From Octopus vulgaris (lineage: Eukaryota), in NCBI GenBank assembly GCA_951406725.2, contig OX597815.1, positions 172,112,001 through 172,176,000 of the forward strand: a stretch of DNA of 64,000 bases, in the 5' to 3' direction. Within the stretch, counting starts at the first letter, position 1. Each line of letters starts with the position of its first letter. The translations under genes and the position numbers were made by a program. Under the pieces are notes generated by a model, which was given only the letters and a program-made list of their open reading frames with translations, did not search any database and was not told the origin of the DNA. Of this stretch, positions 54,334 to 64,000 are shown one piece after another.

Positions 54334-54358
54334 TATTCATCTGGACGGTCGCACCGAT
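54259..54358. repeat. Inverted repeat (~32-bp arms) around (TA)n
   Basis: ATTGGTACGACCGTCCAGATGAATATAATTAT / ATAATTATATTCATCTGGACGGTCGCACCGAT. Confidence 0.85.
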
Positions 54359-54609
54359 AATCTATATATATATACACGCGCGCACTGCGCGCCCCCACAC
54401 ACACACACACACACACTCATACTTATACAAACAACTAACCGTATATGTATGCGAATCAAAAAGTAAGGCAAATAAAAATTGCATTAAGCTGACTAATCCA
54501 CGGATGTATAATTGTATGTATGTGTGAATATGCACCAGTGTGTGTTTGTGTGTGTGTGTGTGCATGTGTGTATGCATTATATATGCATGTATGTATGTAT
54601 TTATATGTA

Positions 54610-54708
<99 letters not shown>

Positions 54709-55049
54709 GTATTTATTAGTCTCGCTATACCTAAGCGAAATATAATGAGCGGTTAAGTATAAGATATCGTACAAAAAAGTATACATATGGGGTAATTCAA
54801 TTACCCCTTATATTCGATACCATATTTTACGATATTTTATCCACCCGTAATGAAGAGGATAGTTCTTTTTATTGCTTTGAAATATACTATGTACTTCTAC
54901 CCATATGACAATCTAATTCCGTTATACATTGATTTTAGAATGTCTTTATCATGATCTTAAACAATATGCTTAGAGTATTCTTAATATTTTTTCTTATATA
55001 TTAAGATATCCGATTATAAGGCTTAAGTTAAATTTCTATCCTTATTCTA

Positions 55050-55179
55050 CTGGGTGATTCAAAAGTCGCCATACATAGGAACAATTTATTTTCTATAAGA
55101 AACAGTTTTTGTTTTATTTAACTGTTTCTTATAAAAAAAATAAATTTTTCTTATGTATGGTAAATTTTGAATCACCCTG
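55050..55179. mobile_element. Tc1/mariner MITE, 130 bp, TA TSD
   Basis: TA-CTGGGTGATTCAAAA...TTTTGAATCACCCTG-TA; almost wholly palindromic. Confidence 0.8.
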
Positions 55180-55801
55180 TATATACTGATTTAAATTTTC
55201 TCAGTTTTATATTATAAATTTGGTAAGTTATAAATTACTACCTCCCGTATCCTTCAATTCTAATTTCCACCCTAAAAGTTTATATTATTTATCTCTTTTG
55301 GTTTTTCATTATATTCCCCTTTATTTGATAAACTAAATAAGTATTGTATACCCCTATCCTTCTTTCTTCCAGCTACCGCCCCTTCCCCACGAGACGTTTT
55401 TTTACTACCAGCCTTGCAACTTACCCTTTTATGTAGATAAAGCCAGATATATGGTTCCAGTACATTGAGTGTCTAGTAGATTGTATGACATTAATTAATT
55501 TATCACCATTAACTAGAATACAGTTGACAACTCCTATTGGATTTAATTCCAAATGGTTGAAGACTACATACTACATAAAATCTTCTAAATATAAGCAACT
55601 ACGTCACCACTCTTTTTATCTTGACCCCCACTATTCCCTCTGCTCCTCTCGAAATTATGATAGGCTTAACAAGGTATGCATTATCTTCTAAACTCATTCT
55701 GCCAGTTATAACAAAAGGAAATAATGTAAATATTTTGGTTTCCATTATTAATGTAAATTCGTTAAAAAAATGGTTTATTCTTTATGCTTGAAATCTATGC
55801 G

Positions 55802-55888
55802 TTCATCTGACGAGAACGGTTTCTTTCAAATTGATGTAATGTTTTCATTAATCAATGAAATGGAGCCGCTTGAAACAGCCGTAATGAA
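55802..55888 (+). ncRNA. Type I hammerhead ribozyme candidate with extended stem II
   Basis: TTCAT-CTGACGA(55807-55813)-58-nt hairpin (GAACGG/CCGCTT, ATTGAT/ATCAAT)-GAAA(55872-55875)-C AGCC G-TA-ATGAA. Confidence 0.75.
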
Positions 55889-56532
55889 TTGACACCTGTA
55901 CATCTTTGTTACTTATTTATATTCTGCTCACCTAAGTTGGAATCTACGCTTCGGAAATACTATAGAAAGTACCTTTTTAAAAAGTACATGTCTGAATTAC
56001 CATGAGCGGATGTCTTCACTTAGCTGGGTTGTGTTGTCTGCACACAAGACAAAAATATTGGATACAAATACCCCTACACGGAGTCTTGATAGACAATATT
56101 CAAATAATATTCTTGGGGTGTGCAGATTATACTGAACTAGCAAGGTGCCTCAATTTAAGTACTTAATTCAACTGAATCTTAATTATATATATATTTGATA
56201 TATATATATAGGGGTGAGAGATACATAGGGAGAGAGAGATGCATATATGTATGTATATGTCTGCGTGTATATATTCATGTATATATATAAGCAACAAGGA
56301 TATCCAAGGTAGAGTAGTACAATTGTTTCATGCTACTTCATTTTATTAAACACTAAGTATTACATCAGTTTTAAAATGTTGAGCAATCTTCAGATGGAGA
56401 ATGAACATACTACCATCATGTTCTTAAGAATGAAATTAACCTCTCTGTCTATATATCTACCCTCTTTATAATGTTGGCAAATGAAATAGGGATAAGAATG
56501 TACATTGTCTGTTTAATTGGAAAATTCTATTT

Positions 56533-56618
56533 GTGGCTGAAGATTGCTCGACATTTTAAAACTGATGTAATACTTACAGTGTTTAATAAAATGAAGTAGC
56601 ATGAAACAATTGTACTAC
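56533..56618 (+). ncRNA. Type I hammerhead ribozyme candidate, same family as 5685 (inverted partial copy at 56289-56393)
   Basis: GTGG-CTGAAGA-long stem II-GAAA-CAATTG-TA-CTAC. Downstream 56620-56740 is homologous to 5780-5900. Confidence 0.7.
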
Positions 56619-56745
56619 TCTACCTTGGATATCCTTGCTTATTTTGATTATAATCACCCCATTTGGTATATATGGATAATACCATACAAAATTCTGGTGC
56701 CTTTAACTTAAGTACCATATTCTTCTGAATCTAAATGTTGCTGAA

Positions 56746-56824
<79 letters not shown>

Positions 56825-56881
56825 CGGAGATGTACTTACATAGAAAGTGACCTGATCTGAGATCATGCGCTGGAACGAAAG

Positions 56882-57074
56882 CAATTGCAGCGTGGAAGGT
56901 GTTTATAAACCATTTAAAAACACACAAAAACCGTTAGATTCACTTCAACATTTAAATTTAATTTGCCAAAATATTTTCGTCGCTTTGAGAGCGCGACCTG
57001 ATCACTGACCAGTGAAACTAACGGTTTTTGTGTGTGTTTTTAATGGCTTATAAACACCTTCCACGCTACAATTG
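56882..57074. repeat. Inverted repeat (~63-bp arms) between (TA)n tracts
   Basis: CAATTGCAGCGTGGAAGGTGTTTATAA..AAAAACCGTTAG versus CTAACGGTTTTT..TTATAAACACCTTCCACGCTACAATTG. Confidence 0.8.
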
Positions 57075-57076
57075 TT

Positions 57077-57139
<63 letters not shown>

Positions 57140-57259
57140 GTAACTTAGTTATATCATCTTTTTTAATCGAAGTTTTTCTATATTCGTGTAAAATTTCACC
57201 TTGCTGGTAAACCCCCAAATCCAATAATATTTTAAAACTTTCTCAGACTCATCGGCAGG

Positions 57260-57322
<63 letters not shown>

Positions 57323-57556
57323 TGTGTGTGTGTAAAGGTAAGATCTAATGATCATGGTGTAGGATCTAAGGATCAAGTTAGTAAGCTTCGAGTAGTCTGT
57401 AGAAGATATTAAAACGAACTTTCAGAAAAAATAATGGTTTATTGACGTAGAAGGTTGTAAATTTTTCTCATTTCGAAGTTCGATTAGCTGAAAAAAGTTA
57501 TTTTATAGCTTACAATTAGCAGCCGGGGCTGCTGTGTATGCTAGTAGATAAAGCCA

Positions 57557-57634
57557 GGCTGCATATGTTTTATAGCTAGCGGAACCTCGGAAGTAGTCCA
57601 AACGAGGAGTAATCTGCTAGCTACTCGTCAGACC
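57557..57634 (-). ncRNA. Degenerate hammerhead ribozyme
   Basis: GGT-CTGACGA-GTAGCTAGC..CCTCG..CGAGG..GCTAGCTAT-AAAA-CATATG-CA-GCC; G12 and U16.1 are substituted. Confidence 0.55.
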
Positions 57635-58514
57635 AAAGATACCTTCGATTCGATCTAAAATGCGTGGAAAGCACTGAGTTCGAGAAGAAAAGAGAAAGCA
57701 TATTTGTGAAGAAGTAATATATGGGAGAGGGTAAATGTCTAAACTTGTTAAGGAAAAGAATGAGATTATGAAAACGAAAAGGCAAGGGGGACGAGAAGGA
57801 GGAAAGTTTGGTATTATTGAAGCTGGTTAAGGGAATATCTGTGTGAATTTAAGCTGGGGTCATTTACTGGGTCTACTGTTGAATAAATAAGTAAATATAT
57901 TGTGGCACTCTGTAAGTACATTTAAACAGAGTCATAGAAAAAGATTTAGTAGTCGTATCAATTTAGATGTTTTAGGAGAGGTGGGGAGAAAAGAGAGGGA
58001 GGTGGAAGATGATGCTTTTGGTTTGTAAGGGTACATAGTAGTTCTAGGTACGTTGGTGGTTTATTGCTTAATTTTAAAACTATATAAGCGCATAAGAGCG
58101 CGCAGACATGTATATTTTTGTGCGCCTGTTGTATGTAGTAGGTGTATATCCGTGCTTGGGTGCTTGTATATTCTAATGTACAGGTGTGGGGAGATAAAAA
58201 TTTCAGGAAAATATAAGGTATAGAAAGATAAAGTAATAAAATGAAATTATGAAGAAATATAAAATGAAATAATGTAAAAATTATAAAGGTAGTCAAAAAG
58301 TTGTTAGTTATAAATACATAGAAGAGCTGCAAGTGGGGGTGGGGCAGAGGAATAGTTAGGGAATGGCACGTTGGGTGACACTGCTATTTGTACTTTGAGA
58401 ATGTGTTGCATAATTTATGTTGACAATTAAAAATCAGATTATTTCGTTCGTTCAAACAATTCGTAGATTGCATAATAGAGAAGCACTCTCACTGCTCCCA
58501 ATGTATTAATCCGT

Positions 58515-58836
58515 CAACTGGCACTCCATTGGTTACGACAACGAGGGTTCCAGTTGATCAACGGAACAGCCTGCTCGTGAAGTTAACGTGCAAGTGGCTG
58601 TGCAACCCACAGACACGTGTACCATCAACGTAGCACTCTGGGAAATTCAGCGTGACACAGAATGTGACAAGGCTGGCTCTTTTGAAATACAAGTACAACT
58701 TATTTTTGCCAGCTGAGTGGACTTTGGCAACGTAAAATAAAGGGTCTTGCTCAAGGACACAACGCATTAAGGGGAATTGAAAGCACGACCTGACGATCGT
58801 AAGCCGAATACCCTAACCACTAAGCCACGCGCCTTC
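58515..58836 (-). mobile_element. tRNA-derived SINE with a family C-like head and a different tail
   Basis: Minus strand GAAGGCGCGTGGCTTAGTGGTTAGGG...ACGATCGT...TGTGTCCTTGAGCAAGAC. Confidence 0.75.
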
Positions 58837-59423
58837 ACACTCAGTCAGCATCAGTCAACATTTAATCTTTCTCCCTCTCCTTCTCTCTTTTTCTCTCTTT
58901 TCCTCTCCCTCCCATATCTCCCCCTCCGCCCAAAATGTTAGATTTTTCTTCCTTGTACCACAATTTGTATTCTATTGAGTTATTTCTATCAACTTTTGAT
59001 GGTCACCAGTTTTTGAAACAATACTAGTTTCCTCTATAATTCTTGTTTTACTGTATTCTTTTTAAGATGTGGTTTGAATCCGTATCTTATGAAGCCCACT
59101 GTCACAAATACATTGCCAATACTTGACGTACAGTTTGCTTTAAGTGCATACAAACAATCTTATTCTTAAGCGTATGGATTTTGTAAAATAACTATGAAGG
59201 ATTTTAAGTAATGAACGTTGAAAATAATTACAAATAGATAATTATTGGGATAAATATCTTTTTGTTGTTGTTTAATAAGATATTCTTTTCAGATTTTTTT
59301 ATACGGGATAATAGTAAATAAATATTTAATTCTTAGACTTCTGAGCAAGTCTTGGGAAAAAAATCGTGTATGGGGATTATATTTACATCAAATTTAGAAT
59401 ACAAAATAATCATTTTTATCAGG

Positions 59424-59760
59424 CGTGTTTACTTCCCAGTCACTTAGTTCCGGGTTCAGTCCCACTGTGTGGCATCTTGGGCAAGCGGTTTCTAATGACC
59501 AAAGCTTTATGAGTGAAGTTGCTAGACAGAAACTGAAAGAAGCAGGTCATGTGTGTGTGTGCGTGTCCCACCACTGCCTAGCAACCGATGTTGACTTGTT
59601 TCGTGTCTTCGTAACTTTAGTGGTTCGGCAAGAGTAACCGATAGACTTAAGTACCAAACTGGAAAAAAATAAGTATTGGCGTCAATTTGTTCGTCTAAAA
59701 CCTTCAAGGTGAATCCCCAGCATGGTTGCAATTGTCCAGTGACTGAAACAAATAAAAGAT
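59424..59760 (+). mobile_element. SINE family A, diverged, plus strand
   Basis: GGGTTCAGTCCCACTGTGTGGCATCTTGGGCAAG...CAGCATGG...GACTGAAACAAATAAAAGA. Confidence 0.7.
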
Positions 59761-60050
59761 ACATTTTTTTTCTATTCTATTCTAACTTTACTTTACAATG
59801 TTTCGGTCATTTGTTGTGTAGAGTATTAGAGTGTGTGTTATTTTGTTAGGCGGAGGTATTTTGCGTGTGTTGTATATATACATACACTCAGAGAGAGAGA
59901 GAGAGAGAGAGAGGTGTTTGGTTGGGTGCTGGTATTCGTCTGTTTCAAGACCGCTGTCCTATACAATAATCACCAGACACTGAAGGACATAACATAACGT
60001 ATATTAAACACAAAATACAACACACACAAAAAACCTCCGCCTAACAAAAT

Positions 60051-60119
60051 AGAGCCGGAAGAAATGCTGCTAAAGAGCCGGAAGAAATGCTGCTAAAGAG
60101 CCGGAAGAAATGCTGCTAA
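60051..60119 (+). repeat. 23-bp tandem repeat, three copies
   Basis: AGAGCCGGAAGAAATGCTGCTAA repeated three times. Confidence 0.9.
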
Positions 60120-60360
60120 ATATTTTGATCATGGCGCTTACGATTCTGTGCCCGCTTCCTTAATGAGCAGAAAGAAAAAAATGAAAGAAAAAAACCCAGA
60201 GTTTGCATTTATATAATCCTTCTTTCTTCACTGTGGTGATAGGCAAGATTTAAAAATTTAGGACTCTTAATTTTATTAAACTTGGCAACTGATCCGATCC
60301 CCTTTCAATCCTGACTGAGTCAGTCTCACTTATGAGGAAATACTTACTGTTAACAAAACT

Positions 60361-60779
60361 AAGGCGGCGAGCTGGCAAAAACGTTAGCACGCCGGGCGAA
60401 ATGCTTTGCGGTATTTCGTCTGCCGCTACGTTCTGAGTTCAAATTCCGCCGAGGTCAACTTTGCCTTTCATCCTTTCTGGGTCGATTAAATAAGTACCAG
60501 TTACGCACTGAGGTCGATATAATCGACTTAATCCGTTTGTCTGTCCTTGTTTGTTCCTTCTGTGTTTAGCCCCTTGTAGGTAGTAAAAAAATAAGTATTT
60601 CGTCTGCCGTTATGTTCTGAGTTCAAATTACGCCGAGGTCGACTTTGCCTTTCATCCTTTCGGGGTCGATTAAATAAGTACCAGTAAATCACTGGGGTCG
60701 ATGTAATCGACTTAATCTCCTTGTCTGTCCTTGTTTGTTCCCTCTATGTTTAGCCCCCTGTGGGCAAAAAGAAATAAAT
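60361..60779 (+). mobile_element. SINE family B with tandemly duplicated body and probable TSD
   Basis: Full head at 60361; the body repeats from about 60595. TACTGTTAACAAAA flanks both sides (60345-60358 and 60779-60792). Confidence 0.85.
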
Positions 60780-61739
60780 ACTGTTAACAAAAGTCGGGAT
60801 GCGTGGCGTTCAGTTACTCAATAAAAGAAAAATGCATTAAATATATGAGGAAATACTGCCGAGTGCGTTGTCCAGAGTGTAATAAATGACAGGATGGTAT
60901 TCAAGTAGATTGTGAATTGTTGACACTATGGAGGAAGTATTTATAGTATCGAATCTTCACTTTGTAGGAATGTATTATCTTATGTGGTGCTTGTGTAGAG
61001 TACGTTATCTTATGCTATATTATACTGCGTTATACTATATTTATATAATTGGATGATTATTCTATAGTGTGTGTGTTGTGTGAATTGTGTTATTGTATTG
61101 AATGAAGTTTGTGCAGAATATTTGCTCTGTGTGTTATGCAAAAAGTATGCATAGCAGAGGTGTGCTATTGAATTGAATTCACCCAACGTAGAATCTGGGT
61201 TATGCCTAACAGAGCTAACTTTTGTACTCTAGGCAAAGTTGTGAACCCTCGCACTTTTTTTAATTTTTAAAATTTTATTTATATTTTTGTGGCATTTTTA
61301 TTGGAGCATTAGCTACAATTATTATTACTAGTGGAATTTTAATTTCCGTATCTTATATGGTCCATATTTCAGTTTCAAGAGCCTTCTACTATGACAGTTT
61401 CTTCATCATGCCTAATCTTATGAGTGTACCACTTTCTATCCATTTTTTCGTTGGAGTGTTTTCATATTGCCAAAGGCCACAGATGCCGAGTCGACCAGTC
61501 AGTGGAAATATCTGGGACCTGGCAAAATATGCCTCTGCTAACAACAACCCATATCCTGCATCAGATACTTTCAATTTAATAGCACAACCCTTCACATAAC
61601 ACTTTTTCATAACACACACAACATATGCAGCACATACTCTACACAAATGGGTGTTGTTGTTGTTGGCATCCTTTTGTCTCGGGAGACAATGGAGTTGCGC
61701 ATAAACTAATCCAGTCTGGTTTTTACATTTCATGTCCTC

Positions 61740-62060
61740 TTCAGTTTCCTCTCCAGTTTTGTGCAGGCGTGGGCTAGATGTAAGAAAATCCTAGGTAGCC
61801 CAATCATCAGGATTCCTCTCTCGACCTTGCTGATGTAGTCCAAAGGAGTGCAAAGCATTACGTTTGGCACCAGCTTGGTTGTAGGAGCTGCCGGAAGAGT
61901 GTTGAGTTGAACACTAAACCGCCTACGGGGCTACACTCCGGATTTCTTTGAAGGCTGTCTCCTTTCCGTAACCCTGGATAAGGGCCCATACCGGGTGCTG
62001 TCAGCCGGAGCCAGCTGAGCCCGGGACTCGTGTTAGGCAGGGTCATCACTCCCTGAAGTA
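61740..62060 (+). mobile_element. GC-rich fragment resembling an RTE-clade 5' UTR
   Basis: CTCTCGACCTTGCTGATGTAGTCCAAAGGA..CGTTTGGCACCAGCTTGG..GGAG.TGCCGGAA resembles RTE leader sequences as I recall them; not verified. Confidence 0.35.
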
Positions 62061-62655
62061 GTGAAGAAAATCGTTATCCACTACCTAGTACACAAATCGG
62101 TGTACTAATTACATATTACGCACTTGATGTTAGTCTTTTTTTGTTCATCATTATTTTTCTTCTGACAGTTATTTGTGGTTAGTCATTGATTCTGGGCAGC
62201 TAAAATTAGGATTTCCTTCTCTGTCTTTAGCTCAGATCTTTTGAGCCAGATTTGATTTCACTCTGACTTATTGTCTCTCTCCATTTATTTTTTATCATGT
62301 TTTAGAATTCCGTTTTGATTCTGACATTTGGTTTCTTTTCTTTTAACCCCCCCCCCTTTTTTTTTGCTTTCTCCTTATCTAACTGTTTTTCTTCGGTGTA
62401 AATAGTTTCTGTCTTATATTTTATTGGTTCCCTTATATATAGAATGTATATTGTTTTTCCCTCATGACCCCTTATAACTCTAATAATTTTTCTCTTTGCT
62501 TGTCTCTAAGTATTTTTTATGGTCCCACTGCTGTTACTTTGTAACAGTTCTCTATTTGTATGAGGCCACATTTTCCATGTGCGCGTAGTATGTTTGGTAT
62601 ATGTATATCTTTTCTATATTGGCTCTAAAGCGGCAACTTCGGAATCCTGTTAGTA

Positions 62656-63036
62656 ACTCTTTTTTTACTCTTTTACTTGTTTCAGTCATTTGACTGCGGC
62701 CATGCTGGAACACCGCCTTTAGTCGAGCAAATCGACCCCAGGACTTATTCTTTGTAAGCCTAGTACTTATTCTATCGGTCTATTTTGCCGAGCCGCTAAG
62801 TTACGGGGACGTAAACACACCAGCATAGGTTGTGAAACGATGTTGGGGGGAGGGGGCAAACACAGACACACAAACACACACACATATATATATACATATA
62901 TACGACGGGCTTCTTTCAGTTTCCGTCTACCAAATCCACTCACAAGGCTTTGGTCGGCCCAAGGTGCCACGCAGTGGGACTGAACCCGGAACCATGTTGT
63001 TGGTAAGCAAGCTGCTCAGTACACAGCCACTCCTGC
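62656..63036 (-). mobile_element. SINE family A with a small internal deletion
   Basis: Matches family A but lacks GAGGCTATAGTAGAAGACACTTGCCC between GCCC microhomologies. Confidence 0.88.
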
Positions 63037-63821
63037 ATCTTAGTTCGTAGTTTTTTGGGGGTTTTTTTGCCCAAACATTTCAATTAATTTCCAATGAATC
63101 TATTGACGTAATAGTTTATAACTAAACTGGCGAATGTGTTTATCGTATGATATATATTTTATAATTCTTGCATTACGTTCAGTTTTAGTATTAATCTGAT
63201 TCTTTTTAAGCATTCTTTTTCTAATTTTTCCCGTCATTTCTGCGTGTATAATCTTATCAATTCATCTCCTTTCTCAGTATGCGCATGGATTTTTTTCTTC
63301 TAATTCTCTGATTTTATTGTCTGGAACTAATTTATTGTTTTCGGGTTTTAGTTAATTTGCTTCTTCTTCTTGTAGTTTAGGCATATTTGTCTACTTAATT
63401 TTATATCTTAGCGAAATTCATGAACAACTTTTAGTAGGTCCATCATTTTGGTGTTGCCCTTGTAAATAGCTTCAAGTCACTTATCATAGATTATGTTTAT
63501 TAATTTGTCCATAACATACTCAAACGCTAATAGGTATCATTCAGTAGATTTGTTAATGGGTCAGAACTAGGCAGCAGAATAGAGTACAGTGACTAAAGAG
63601 CCTCCTCAAATAGAAACCATCATCATCATCGTTGTCATCTCGTCGTCGTTGTCGTCGTCGTCGTCGTTTTTGTTGCTATAATCCGCTTGTTTTGTCTTCC
63701 ATCTTTTTTCTTCCGTTTTTTCGGATGTCGATAAAATAAAGTACCAGTTAATTATTGGTGCTCATTTAATCACCTAACTCGCATGCTCCGATTTCTGACC
63801 TTGTGTCTAAATTAGAAACAA

Positions 63822-63822
63822 C

Positions 63823-63863
<41 letters not shown>

Positions 63864-64000
63864 GTAGTATTATTATTATTATATGTTTGACTTTTGCTTT
63901 ATATTTGTACAAGTTGGCTCCAAGTCTCACCCAGAGACCTCAAGAGACAACAGGTTGGAAGTTCGTGATGTTGTTATGCCTAGTGTGCCCTATATTTGGT
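63822..64000 (-). mobile_element. 3' UTR of a non-LTR element ending in (TAA)n (R4/Dong-like), running off the window
   Basis: Minus strand ...GAGGTCTCTGGGTGAGACTTGGAGCC...AAAGTCAAACAT followed by (AAT)n. Confidence 0.4.

Overview
AT-rich, microsatellite-dense eukaryotic DNA with no confidently intact protein-coding gene. The SINE types and the (TA)n/(CA)n/(TACA)n landscape look like octopus/cephalopod intronic or intergenic sequence; this assignment is my inference. Transposon content: RTE-clade LINE pieces, Penelope-like (PLE) RT and GIY-YIG remnants, a decayed full-length mariner, a Tc1 end, several MITEs (hAT, Tc1/mariner, a GG..CC element with 8-bp TSD), three tRNA-derived SINE types, an ORF1-only LINE and a possible Helitron remnant. 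Most listed ORFs are microsatellite artefacts. The main signal not explained by the ORF track is about ten type-I hammerhead-ribozyme-like motifs (stem I-CUGANGA-stem II-GAAA-short, usually palindromic stem III-UH-stem I'). Several have intact cores and unusually long stem II. They sit in non-coding units next to (TA)n tracts and are often fold-back duplicated, including a near-perfect 421-bp-arm palindrome and a 560-bp unit with 49-bp direct terminal repeats (retrozyme/pLTR-like). All family names and RNA folds were assigned by eye, without database searches.
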